Shown piece by piece: positions 48,701-58,700 of a stretch of DNA of 64,000 nucleotides. Location of the stretch: the NCBI GenBank assembly GCA_964582645.1, contig CAZOTB010000007.1, positions 7,940-71,939 of the forward strand, read 5' to 3'. A program made the position numbers and the translations under genes. The notes under the pieces were generated by a model that did not search any database, had not been told where the DNA came from, and saw nothing but the letters and a program-made list of their open reading frames with translations. Position 1 is the stretch's first letter. Every line of letters begins with the position of its first letter. The DNA comes from an uncultured Verrucomicrobiota bacterium (GTDB taxonomy: Bacteria; Verrucomicrobiota; Verrucomicrobiia; Palsa-1439; CAZOTB01).

Positions 48701-49549
48701 GTCAACGTGCTTAACAGCGGCCAATCTTACTCCCAGTACGCCATAGTCCCCGCCGACGTGGACGGCAACGGCAAGGACGAGGTCGCCATTATCGGCGCGC
48801 AATCAGCCGATGGCGAACTGGTCGCCGGGTTGCACAATGGCACGACCGGCACCTTGATTGCCTCGCCCAAACTGCAGTCGCTGACGCAGCCGTTCTCGGC
48901 TCTGGCCGCCCAGCTCAACAGCACGCCCGGGCAGGAGATCGCCATCCTCGCGAGGAAAAGCAACCGTCACGCGCTGGCGCTGGTGGATGGACTGACGGGC
49001 AAGACGAAGACCAAAACCGTCCTCAAGAACGCGACAGGAAACGCTCACGCCGTCGCTGCGCGCGTACTGCCTTCGAGTGAGCAGCAGATCGTATTGCTCG
49101 GCACGACCGACGCGGGCGAACTCGTGCTCGAGGTAACCACCGGCAAAGGCAAACGCATCCGTTCGTTCCGACTGAGCACGCAGGTCACCGGCCCCCTCGC
49201 CGTGGTCGCGGCCGACATCAATGGGGACGGACGGGATGAGATCATCGTCTCCGCGAGCCGCGTGAGCGATAGCAAGCCGGTCCTGATCGCGCTCGACGCC
49301 AACACGGGTGGATCGTTGTACCTGGCGAATTTGTTTGAATCGGACGACGTGGAAAGCGTCAATGTATTCACTGCCGATGTGGACGGGGACGGAGTTTTGG
49401 ACGTGGTGGCCAACGCGGTTCGCATTTCGGATTCACGGGCGCTGTTCGAAGTGCGGGCCGGCGTTTCAGGAGGGTTGTTCAGCGCCTTCGATCAAGGAAG
49501 TGACTTTGCCGGGCCCAATGCGGCGTTCGGCGCACGTGTAGGAGACTAG
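45716..49549 (+). CDS. Large Sec-secreted multidomain protein (unassigned N-terminal domain, jelly-roll-like middle, FG-GAP-like C-terminus)
   Basis: Signal peptide MTIRPTLIALSLLAILCASLDA. PPDTVGDVGPDHYVQMVN..RWGDYS region, FEGWYVDDIVI, ADVDGNGKDE / ADINGDGRDE. Confidence 0.85.
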   Translation: MTIRPTLIALSLLAILCASLDAATPISQRAMSFAVTPPIRDLPAHEGTRSNFIVPLGVPGISAPSAQEVVASAVALAQSPHDPVVQSTMPTPLTPVPNVTFEGLSSSDNLDVFGGTGAPPDTVGDVGPDHYVQMVNTLFRVFDKNTGFPLTPPTALSSLYSSLPGACADTDDGDPIVLYDPLADRWVLTQFAGVFSGPPFFQTIAVSQTGDPTGAYFVYCFQMPNSKFNDYPKFGVWPDAYYMTDNQFASIFGGFAGAGAFAFDRAKMLVGDPSASFIYFDLEDVDPNIGGMLPSDLDGPPPPDGTPNYFMYFIATERGDSLDGLRIFEFVPNFTTPASSTFTERADSPVAVAAFDPGVPDVPQPPGDGTALDSIPDRLMFRLQYRNFSSHESLVVCHTVDANGSGQAGVRYYELRRPLPGGDFIVNEQATFAPDSDGRWMGSAAMDASGNLAVGYSVSSATTHPAIRYAARLATDPANGLFQGEAILFEGSGSQTDGLNRWGDYSAMCVDPADDCTFWFTSQYIPEDGSFNWHTRIGSFSLGNCEAGPRLSLAFDEAIVSGGNDNGFVDSGECLNLNIVAGNLSTNEVTGVGATLTTSTPGVTITQGVSAYADFPAEGVSTNLTPFQFCISTNVACGSQITFFLTLTNAIGSASVNFILDVGISTNVAAFNFETGLQGVTIQNDGNNLWHLSSGRGGQPGHSKTNSMYYGQGETGSGGGNYNTGSTNALGFVGSPNRGSFTLPPLNLLGVNGTVLMTFNQFLDRETSSPNYDIARLEASTDGGQSFVTVGGPYASTSKVILFRKARFRQATVNLTPFLNKEVILRFSFDTVDNQSNAFEGWYVDDIVIKAFACALDLSGAGQIVSQGTTVGDSTGVFATFNGINGANLLTQSVLTNEPHGDFRSFAVDTAGNGIQSVAVAATNSAGQVRFEVRDGSTGALLSSNALAFLTSPYQSTAADVSGSAGDELLFVAPGGGGTVLSVVDPATGDATMPAVNVLNSGQSYSQYAIVPADVDGNGKDEVAIIGAQSADGELVAGLHNGTTGTLIASPKLQSLTQPFSALAAQLNSTPGQEIAILARKSNRHALALVDGLTGKTKTKTVLKNATGNAHAVAARVLPSSEQQIVLLGTTDAGELVLEVTTGKGKRIRSFRLSTQVTGPLAVVAADINGDGRDEIIVSASRVSDSKPVLIALDANTGGSLYLANLFESDDVESVNVFTADVDGDGVLDVVANAVRISDSRALFEVRAGVSGGLFSAFDQGSDFAGPNAAFGARVGD

Positions 49550-49552
49550 ACC

Positions 49553-52500
49553 GTGGCTTTCAGCAAACGATCCCGGGTTGGTATGTCATACCTCAAGCGG
49601 CTGCAAAGCGCCCGTCCCACGACGCGCGGGTCCTTTGCCGTCGAACCGCTCGAGGAGCGCGTCCTGCCCAGCGGCATCACGCTTCTGCCCACGAAGAAAG
49701 TTTCGTTTCTCGATGCCGACGGAGACAAGGTCACGATCAAGGCCAAGGGCGACCTGTTCCAGATTTCGCTCCTCGGTGGCGCCACCGACAACGCCGACGT
49801 GGACACGATCACCATCCTGCCGGGAAAAACGGGCGTCTATGATCCCAACGCCTCGCTCACGGTCCAGGTCAAAGCCGGTAAATTCAGCGGTGGCACCACC
49901 GAGATCGCCCACCTCACCATGCTCGACCAGGCGGGCGCCGAGCGCCTGGGTGCCATTACGCTCAACAACGCCCTGGTGGACGAACTCACCCTGCCCGGCG
50001 GGCTGACCAAGCTCACCGCCAACAACACCGATTTCGGCAACGTCGTCATCGCAGGCGCGCTCGGCAGCATGGTCATCGGCAACCACGACCTCACCGGCAC
50101 CATCTCCGCCCTCAGCATCGGCACCATTACCAACATCGGCCCGCTCACCGGCGGCGACATCGCCGGCAACGTCATCTCCACCGGTGCCATCACCAAGATC
50201 ATCACCAACCGCATCACCGGCAGCGTCACCGCGGGCGGCACCATCGGCACGCTCGCCACTGCCGAGGACCTCGACGGCGCCGTGGAAGCCACGGGCGGCA
50301 CCGTCAACGCCGTCATCGGCCGGAATCTCGACGGCTCGCTTGTGGTCCACAACGGCAATCTCAATCTCGGCACGCTGACCATTGCGCGCGTGGACGGCGA
50401 CGTCACCGGCAACGTGCAGGTGGATGGCACCTTGATCTCGGGGTTGTTGCCCTTGCTCTCGATCAACGCCAACGGCAACCTCGTCTCCGGTGCCTCGATT
50501 TCCTCGTCCGGCCACCTCATCGCCAAGGCCAACGAGATTCAAACCGATCTGCTCGCCATCAACGGCGACGTCACGTTCGCCATGAAGACGGGCGGCCTCA
50601 CCACGGCGGTCACCGCCGGCGACGACGTGTTCGGCGACGGTGCCAGCGGGGCGATTGTCATTCGCGGCGGCAACCTGAGCGGCCAGATCAACGCCGGCGG
50701 CGACATTTCCGCCATCACCTTGAACCCGAACACGCTCGGCATCACCGGTTCGCTCACCGCCGGTGGCAACATTGGGAACATCACAACCCATTTCTTCAAT
50801 GGCGCGAGTCTCATCGCGGGCTTTGGCACGAGCGCGGGCAGCATTGGCAACCTCAACGTGGATCACAGCGGCAGCAACGGCGGCGTCAGCACCGCCATCC
50901 TTGACAGCAGTTTCACCGCGGCGACCAGCATCGGCAACATCACCGTCAAACAAACCGGCGGCGACACCGCGATTGACCAGTCCGTGTTCCAGGTCAGCAA
51001 CGGTTCTCTCGGCACCATCACGGCTGAGACGACGGGCACGGGATCCGCCATCCGCGGCACGACCCCGTTCCCGGCTTTCAGCGCCAGCACCACCATCGGC
51101 ACCATCAGCGCCAAGGCGGTCTCGTCCGCTGCCATCGCCAGCGCGGTGTTCCAGGCGGGCGGCAACTTCGGCAATATCACCGCCACCTCGGGCGCGGGAG
51201 ACGGATTCGACGCGAGTTCGTTCGTCTCGATCGGCGGCAGCCTCGGCACCATCACGGGCTCGAGCGTCAGCGGTGTGGCGATTGACGGCTCGACGTTCCA
51301 GGCCTCGGGCAGCATCGGCGTCATCAGCGGCACGAGCACCACCGGCGAAGCGATCAACGCCAGCACCTTCCGCGCGGACACGGGCACCATCAGCAACATC
51401 ACCGGCCGTGTTTCCGGCGCCGCGTCGAGTGCCGACGCCATCTCCGACAGCAATTTTACCTCGGGCTCGACCATTGGCGACATCCTCGGCGACGCCAAGC
51501 TCGGCAGCGGCATCGCCAACACGAAAGTCTCCGCCGAGGGGAACATCACTTCCATCACGGGCAAGACGACGAATGCCGACACCACCGTGAACGAGGACGG
51601 CATCCAGGATTCGGTGTTCCGCACGAACGCCTCGATCCTCAAGATCACCGGCAGCACAGGGGTCAATGACGGCGAGTTGGCGCTGGCCACGGAGAGCGAG
51701 GCGATGGACGGCTCGGTGTTCAGCGCCCTGGTGAACATCCTCGCCCCGAGCGGCGCCACCATCATTGCCACGGGTGACATTCAGTTCAGTACGTTCCTCG
51801 CCGGATACGATATTGGGGGCAATCTCGCCCTCGATGGACTCGCCGGCCTCGGCAGCGACGACATCCTGGGCGATGCGATGACGCCCGTGCAGATCGGCGA
51901 CATCACCTCCACCAGCGACATCGTGGGCAGCTTCTTTGCCAGCGGCGTCGGCACCGACAACAACATCATCGGCGATAACATCGTGTTCGCGTCCGATGAC
52001 TTCCTGAACGCGCTGAACAGTTCCATCGGCAACATCACCGTGGCGGGCGTGATTGCGGGTGAAGCCGGGTTCATTCCTCTCGACGAGTTGTTCCGCATCG
52101 GACCGCGGTCGGCGTTCTCCTCGGACCACATCGGTCTGATCACGGCCGATGCCATCTCGATGAGCGACTCCGATAGCAGCGCGGTGGCCTCGGTCGGCAT
52201 CAGCACCAAGTTCAACACCATTTCTTCGGGCGTCATTGACGGAATCATTGTCCACACCAGCTCCCGCGCCCATGCAATCGGCGATAGCGCGCTGGTGACC
52301 CCCGGGTCCTCGCTCGGCTTCATCGAGGCGACCAACTTGAGTCCGACCGCAGAAACGGCCATCTCGAACAGTCGCTTCGGTGCGTGGATTCTCACAAGCT
52401 CGTTCTTCGGGGATGCGGACCATTTGTTTGCTGTGAACGCGCAGACTCCGAATTCGACCGACGCCGTGCCGATCTCAGGATCGATGTTCCTCTTCGACGA

Positions 52501-55500
52501 AGGCAACCCGGATAACTTCGACCTGGGCATTGGCAACATCAACGCGGTGGCCGCCAACGTCGCTGGCTCGGTGGCGATCGAGCAGAGTTTCTTCGGAACC
52601 GGCAGTCGTGACAACATCATCCACATCGGCGCCATCACCACCATCGGCGATGTTCAATCTTCGACATTCGGACTCGGACCCCAGGGCGTGATTACGGCCG
52701 GGGACATTGGGAATCTCACTGGCGGCGCTGGGATCAACGTCCAGGGCAGCATCATTGACTCCATCATCGCCGGCACCGGATCCCTCGCCGTCAACGGCGG
52801 CATCACCATCGCCGAACTCGAGGAGCAGCGCGGGTTTGCCGAAGGCAGCATTTTCATTGGCTTCGCCGGGGTCGGCAACATTTTCGTCGAAGGCATCAAC
52901 GAGGCCGGTGCCGGTGTGACCGACAGCCAGTTCGCCACCTTTGTGGACATCCCGGGCGGTGGCAGCATCGGCAGCATCACCATCAAGACAGGCTCGGTGG
53001 AAAGCTCGTTCTTTGGCGCTGGCGAAAACCTCGCGCTCACCGGTGGCATCACCATTTTTGGCAACACCGTGCACAAGGATTTCGGCCTGCTCGACAGCAC
53101 CCTGTTCGCGCACGACGGTGATATCGGCTCGATCACCATCGGCCCGTCCGGGCTCGCCAAGAACCAGGTCGGCACCGAGATCAGCGGCAGCACCATCGCC
53201 GGCGTCAACATCGCCATCGGCATGGACGGAGACATCGCGCGTGCCATCACCATCCACGGCAACAACACCGGCGACGCCATGAACCGCGCACCCGGCGAGG
53301 CGGGGTTGTCCATTTTCGATTCCATGATCATTGCCGCGGATCCAAACAATACCGCCGGCATCGGCTCGATCGGCCACATCCTCATCGGTCAGAGCCCGGG
53401 CGACAACGCCGGCGGCGGCATCGCGGAAAGCCACATTCTCGCAAATCTCAACCTCGGCGATGTCAAACTCCGGATCAACATCACCGATGCCGACGAGGAT
53501 ATTTCCGGTATTCGCGACAGCGAGTTCCGCGGACAATCTGCCGTCACCACACCGGACCTCAAGACCGCAGGAGAGGAGTTTGGCAGCATCGGCGAAATCG
53601 TGGTACGACTCACGGGACTTCCCTCGACCCAGGACGTCATCACCGGCAGCACGTTCTCCGCAGGCCCGAATCTGACAGGCGCCTCGATGCTCTCGCTGGG
53701 CAACGTTACCCTGACAACCGATGGGATCGGTTCGATTGTGACCGACTCCACCTTCCGCACCAGCGGCCCGATGGGTGCCCTGTTCTTGCGCGCCGCCTCC
53801 ACCTCGACCGACGCTGTCGTCAACACCACCTTCAGCGCGCTCGGTGTCATCGGCTCCGACGTCGGCAACAACATCAGCGTCCGCGGGAACGTGGTCGGCA
53901 GCCGGTTCCTGGCCGGCTACGACATCGGCGCTGACCTGATTCAGGGCAACGAATTGAATCCGGCCAGCCCGCAGGCAGTGGCGCTGGAGTTTGTGGTTGA
54001 TGCCGGCGGCGAGGCGGCAACCGCCGAACCGGTCTTTGTCAACCGCATCAGCGTGGACGGCAACCTGATCGAGTCCGACATCATCGTGGGCATTGATCCC
54101 GGCTACACCGGCGGAGGCACGTTCGACGACACCTGGGGTAACACCGCGCCGCTCATGCTCGACGCGATGGGAAATCCGTTGGACCCGCTCGGCACCGACG
54201 ACATCGCCTCGTCCGAAGATGGTCGCATCGGCACCATCCAGGTGCAGGGCGGCATCTACACGCAGGGAACCGATCTGAAGGAACACTCGATCGCAGCGGG
54301 CTTCATCGGCGCGTTCCAGCAGCCCAACAACGTCACCCACAAGAGCGATCTCCCCGGTTTCCTCGACAACGGCGGTGGCTCGCTCGACGTGCGGATCCAA
54401 GGCGAGCCCAGCGGCGCGCCTGTATTCCTCACCAGCCGCGACTTCGCCGGCCGCGAAGTGGATTTCAATCAGGACGGAGACAACGACCTGATCATGCTCG
54501 ATTCCCGCACCAACCAGTTGAAGGTGTTTTACGGCAACGGCATCGGCGCATTCGAGTCCCCGGTCGTCTTCGGCGTCGGCAACGCGCCCGTCTGGGCCGT
54601 CATTGGCAACTTCAACGGCGACGTGTTGCTCGACGACAATGGCGTGCCCATCCTCGATGGAAGCGGTAACGTCATCCCCGCGCTCGACATCGTCGTGCTC
54701 AACTCACTCACCGACGGCCGCGCGGGCGTCACCAATTTCAACACCATAGACATCTTCTTCGCCGATCCCGTGGGCGGGACCTTCTCCGAGGACGGACATC
54801 AGATCGTGAGCCTCGGCTTCGGCTCACGCACATTGACCTCGATCGCCGCCTCCGATTTCGTGGATGTCACCAGCTCAAATTCACCGGTCGGCGACGGCTT
54901 CCTCGACCTGGTCATCACCAACGCGACCGACAATGTCGTGCGCTTGTTGCGGAATACCGACGCCAACAACGATGGTGTGGCCGATGGCATTTTCCTCCCC
55001 ACTGCCGCCAACAACTTCGCCGTCGGTGCCGGCCCGACCGGCATTTCTGTCACGCCGCCCCTGAGCGTCATCGCTCCGGAAACGATCGTCGGCGGATCAC
55101 CCGATGCCCATATTGACGCCGGAGACGATCTCGACGAACTGCCCGGCAACGCCCCCGACGCGGTAGTGGCCAACGCCACCGACAACACCATCTCGGTCCT
55201 GTTCGGCAGCAACACCGGCGACGGCCAGTTCCAGCTCATCACCACGGTGGCTGTCGGCGCCACGCCGCTGCAGACCGTGCTGGCCGACGTGGACAATGAC
55301 AACGACATTGACATCCTGGTCGTCAACTTCGGCTCCGACAGCGTCAGCGTCCTCCTGAACAACGGCCTCGGCGGGTTCGGCGCTTCGGTCACCCTCGCTG
55401 TCGGCGCCGCTCCGCGCGGGATTGTCGTCGGCGACTTCAACGGCGACAACCTGATTGATTTTGCCACCGCCGATTCCGGTGCAGACACCGTGTCCGTGGT

Positions 55501-55693
55501 GTTGAACACGGACGGCATCTTCACCGGCGCCGTGGCGACCGCCGTGACATTGACCGGCTCGCCGTTGGCAATCACCAGCGCGGACTACAACAACGACGGC
55601 TTCGTGGACCTGGCGGTGACCAACGCCGATCTGGCGCAGGCCCCGGTGGTCCTCGAAAACGACGGCACCGGAACATTCACCGTGGTCGCATAA
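49553..55693 (+). CDS. Giant extracellular beta-strand-repeat protein with LEPR-XLL motif and C-terminal FG-GAP repeats
   Basis: FAVEPLEERVLPS, F.DADGDKV, many G.IG.IT repeats, two FLAGYDIG blocks, DFNQDGDNDL, DVDNDNDIDI, DFNGDNLIDF, DYNNDGFVDL. Confidence 0.88.
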   Translation: MAFSKRSRVGMSYLKRLQSARPTTRGSFAVEPLEERVLPSGITLLPTKKVSFLDADGDKVTIKAKGDLFQISLLGGATDNADVDTITILPGKTGVYDPNASLTVQVKAGKFSGGTTEIAHLTMLDQAGAERLGAITLNNALVDELTLPGGLTKLTANNTDFGNVVIAGALGSMVIGNHDLTGTISALSIGTITNIGPLTGGDIAGNVISTGAITKIITNRITGSVTAGGTIGTLATAEDLDGAVEATGGTVNAVIGRNLDGSLVVHNGNLNLGTLTIARVDGDVTGNVQVDGTLISGLLPLLSINANGNLVSGASISSSGHLIAKANEIQTDLLAINGDVTFAMKTGGLTTAVTAGDDVFGDGASGAIVIRGGNLSGQINAGGDISAITLNPNTLGITGSLTAGGNIGNITTHFFNGASLIAGFGTSAGSIGNLNVDHSGSNGGVSTAILDSSFTAATSIGNITVKQTGGDTAIDQSVFQVSNGSLGTITAETTGTGSAIRGTTPFPAFSASTTIGTISAKAVSSAAIASAVFQAGGNFGNITATSGAGDGFDASSFVSIGGSLGTITGSSVSGVAIDGSTFQASGSIGVISGTSTTGEAINASTFRADTGTISNITGRVSGAASSADAISDSNFTSGSTIGDILGDAKLGSGIANTKVSAEGNITSITGKTTNADTTVNEDGIQDSVFRTNASILKITGSTGVNDGELALATESEAMDGSVFSALVNILAPSGATIIATGDIQFSTFLAGYDIGGNLALDGLAGLGSDDILGDAMTPVQIGDITSTSDIVGSFFASGVGTDNNIIGDNIVFASDDFLNALNSSIGNITVAGVIAGEAGFIPLDELFRIGPRSAFSSDHIGLITADAISMSDSDSSAVASVGISTKFNTISSGVIDGIIVHTSSRAHAIGDSALVTPGSSLGFIEATNLSPTAETAISNSRFGAWILTSSFFGDADHLFAVNAQTPNSTDAVPISGSMFLFDEGNPDNFDLGIGNINAVAANVAGSVAIEQSFFGTGSRDNIIHIGAITTIGDVQSSTFGLGPQGVITAGDIGNLTGGAGINVQGSIIDSIIAGTGSLAVNGGITIAELEEQRGFAEGSIFIGFAGVGNIFVEGINEAGAGVTDSQFATFVDIPGGGSIGSITIKTGSVESSFFGAGENLALTGGITIFGNTVHKDFGLLDSTLFAHDGDIGSITIGPSGLAKNQVGTEISGSTIAGVNIAIGMDGDIARAITIHGNNTGDAMNRAPGEAGLSIFDSMIIAADPNNTAGIGSIGHILIGQSPGDNAGGGIAESHILANLNLGDVKLRINITDADEDISGIRDSEFRGQSAVTTPDLKTAGEEFGSIGEIVVRLTGLPSTQDVITGSTFSAGPNLTGASMLSLGNVTLTTDGIGSIVTDSTFRTSGPMGALFLRAASTSTDAVVNTTFSALGVIGSDVGNNISVRGNVVGSRFLAGYDIGADLIQGNELNPASPQAVALEFVVDAGGEAATAEPVFVNRISVDGNLIESDIIVGIDPGYTGGGTFDDTWGNTAPLMLDAMGNPLDPLGTDDIASSEDGRIGTIQVQGGIYTQGTDLKEHSIAAGFIGAFQQPNNVTHKSDLPGFLDNGGGSLDVRIQGEPSGAPVFLTSRDFAGREVDFNQDGDNDLIMLDSRTNQLKVFYGNGIGAFESPVVFGVGNAPVWAVIGNFNGDVLLDDNGVPILDGSGNVIPALDIVVLNSLTDGRAGVTNFNTIDIFFADPVGGTFSEDGHQIVSLGFGSRTLTSIAASDFVDVTSSNSPVGDGFLDLVITNATDNVVRLLRNTDANNDGVADGIFLPTAANNFAVGAGPTGISVTPPLSVIAPETIVGGSPDAHIDAGDDLDELPGNAPDAVVANATDNTISVLFGSNTGDGQFQLITTVAVGATPLQTVLADVDNDNDIDILVVNFGSDSVSVLLNNGLGGFGASVTLAVGAAPRGIVVGDFNGDNLIDFATADSGADTVSVVLNTDGIFTGAVATAVTLTGSPLAITSADYNNDGFVDLAVTNADLAQAPVVLENDGTGTFTVVA

Positions 55694-55725
55694 GTACGGG
55701 AGATTTCAGAGTTGGAGATCGTTAC

Positions 55726-58700
55726 ATGAAAGAAGCAGCCACCATCGAACCTCTTCGCGCCTCCGCTGCGCGGCAGCTTCATCGGCTCTGGAACATCGAG
55801 GCGCTCGAAGAACGCCTCCTGCTCAGCGGCGCCGATGTGTTTGGTGTTCGCAAGGTCAAGTTCGTCGAAGCCGACGGTGACAAGGTCAAGTTGTCCATCA
55901 GCGGCAAGGACAACATGGACGTGGTGTTCGACCGCGACCTGGCTAACCACATCGTCGGGATTGACACGATCACACTGCACGGCACAGACGCGTCTTCGCA
56001 GCTCAACTTCAGTCTCAAACCCGCCAAGGGCGGCGGGAGCGACCTGACCACGTTTGTCGGCTCGATTCTCAGCGGCAACGCCAGTCAGTCGTTGCGCGGC
56101 ATCAACGCCACCGGCGCCGCGCTCTCGAGCGTGGATCTTACCGGCTCGCTGACAGGCAATCTCACCACCAATCGGGACCTCGGCGATGTCACAGTTGCCG
56201 GCACCCTCAACAGCGTGGTCATCCAGAACGCGCGCGATCTGACCGGCGATCTGACCGCGGCCAACATCGGCAAGGTCACCGCCACGGGCGGTGATCTCCT
56301 CGGCAGCATTACAGCGACAAACGGCATCACCAGCGTCCAGGCACGGAACATGGCCGGCAACCTCACTGCCGGAACGACGCTGGGCAGACTCACCCTGTCC
56401 GGCGATCTCAGCGGCGATGTGGCCTTTGGACGAGATACTCTGGAGCTGTTGATCAGCGGGAGTGTCACATCTTCCGCTTCCATCACGGGTAATGCCGGCA
56501 GCGGGGTCGCGAACATCAACGCCGGCAGTTTCGCACGGCTCGGCGTCATCGGCAATTTCGCCGGTACCATCATGACTGATGGCAGTGTCGGACTTGGCGT
56601 CGGGGGCGCTCTGCTCGACACGGCCACCGTCCGTGCCGGTACGGATAACGACGTCGCCGGCAATCTTGAAGTCAAGGCGCTCAGCATCGCGGCGGATCTG
56701 GCTGCATCCGGCAATGTCTCGTTCGCGATGACGAACGGCGGCTTCTCGGGAACCATCACCGCGGGACAGGATGTGTTCGGCAACGGCGTCAACAGCGGCA
56801 TTGTCATCCGTGGAGGTGATTTCACCGGCGCGATCTTCGCCGGTCTCAATCCCAACAACAACATGGTGCAACCCGGCGGCGACGTGGCGGCGATGACATT
56901 CCTGCCCACCGCAGCGGGGTTCAATGGGACGATCGTCGCCAGCGGCACCGCCAACGCCATCACGGCGGGATTCTTTGGGAGCAACACCTCGATTTCCGCC
57001 GCGACCATCGGCGATCTCTTCGCCAACCGCAGCATCGCGGGAGACGCCATCGCCGCAGGCGCGTTGTTCACCGCCACGACCGGCTCCATCGGCACCGTCA
57101 CCGCCAAGGCCGTCAGCGGCGTCGGTATCGCGGGCACGTTTGTGGCAGCGCAGAACATCGGCAACATCAACGCCACCAGTACCGGCATCGGCAGCGGTCA
57201 TCACGCCATCAGCGAGGCCAGCTTCACCGCCACGGCGGGCACAATCGGCACGATCGTCGCCGGCGCCAAGGCCGGTAGCGGCATCAACGATTCTTCCTTC
57301 ACCGCCGAAACCGGCATTGGCAACATCGCCGGCTCGTCCCAGACCGGGCACGGCTTCCGCGCGTCCATGGATGGAGCAAACATCTTTGCCGTTCTCGACG
57401 GCAGCCTCGGCGATATCAGCGGAGTCAGCATCCTGGGCGACGGTATCCACGGCAGTACGTTCACAGCTTCGGAGAATATTGGCAACGTCAACGGCTCCAG
57501 CGCGAGCGGGAGCGGCATCGGCGATCCGACCGGTGCAGTGGGCACGTTCTTCAACGCCGGCGGCAGCATCTCCTCGCTCAAAGGCACCGCCACGGGCGGC
57601 GGCGCCGGCGCCGGTGGGGATGGCATGGTCCACGTCACCGCCGCTGCGGGCGAGAACGAAGGCGGGCTTGGCTTCGGCTCGATCCAGGGGTCGAGTCAGT
57701 TCGGCAGCGGGATCGTGGGCAGCCGCTTCTCCGCCCAGGGCAGCATCGCCTTGATCGTCGGCACGACCAACAACACCAACCCGACCGTGGACGAGGACGG
57801 CATCAACACCACGGTGTTCCGCACCGCGAGCGACATCCAGGAAGTCACCGCCACCACCGGGGTGACCGGCGGAGCGGGCGTCGGTTCGGCAATCGAAGAG
57901 AGCCTGTTCAGTGCGGCGGGCAACATCGCCACGCCCGAGGAGCCGGTGATGGCGCCGACCCAGGTCAAAGCACCCGGCCCATTGGTGGATTCGATCCGCA
58001 TTGATAACGACATCCCGCTGGGCACGCTGGGCCATTGGGACGTGGACGTGAACACGGGCGGCGAGTCGAACTCGGCGCAGTTGACCGCGTCGCGGCTGGC
58101 CAGTGGCGACATCGTCACCGAGGACGTGTTGTTCGACTACTACAGCTACGTGGACACTGGCAACAACGGCGGCGGATTCCAGTTGAGCAGCGGCGCCGAC
58201 CCGACACAGGTGGGCAGCGATCCGGACAAGGTGCAAAGCACGGGGTCGTTCACGGGCGCCAACGGCAACACGATCAACTACACCGTCACCAGCTCCATCG
58301 CGAACGGCGATTCGGTCATGTACAGCACGTTCACGTTCACGGCGCAAAGCGGCACCCTCGGCGTGTTCCGCTTCATGCAGTACCTGGATGAGGACATCGA
58401 GGGCGTCAGCGACGATGTGCTCTACGTCACAGGTTCGGCTGCCAACAACGACCTTCAGCTTTTTACCTTCGACAACGACGAGGTGTACGGCGTCAGCCAC
58501 TCCGGCTCGCTCTCCACCGCACAGGGTTTGGTCAACGCCGCCTTCGCCGGCTGGGCCGCCGACGAATACAACGACATGAAGCCCCAGATCACAGGCTCGG
58601 GGCAGAGCGCCTCATTGGGCGGTGTGATTGATCTGACCGATCTGCCGGCGTTTACGCATCCGACTCTCGGCGCGGTCAACGGCCCTGCGGACATTGTCTC

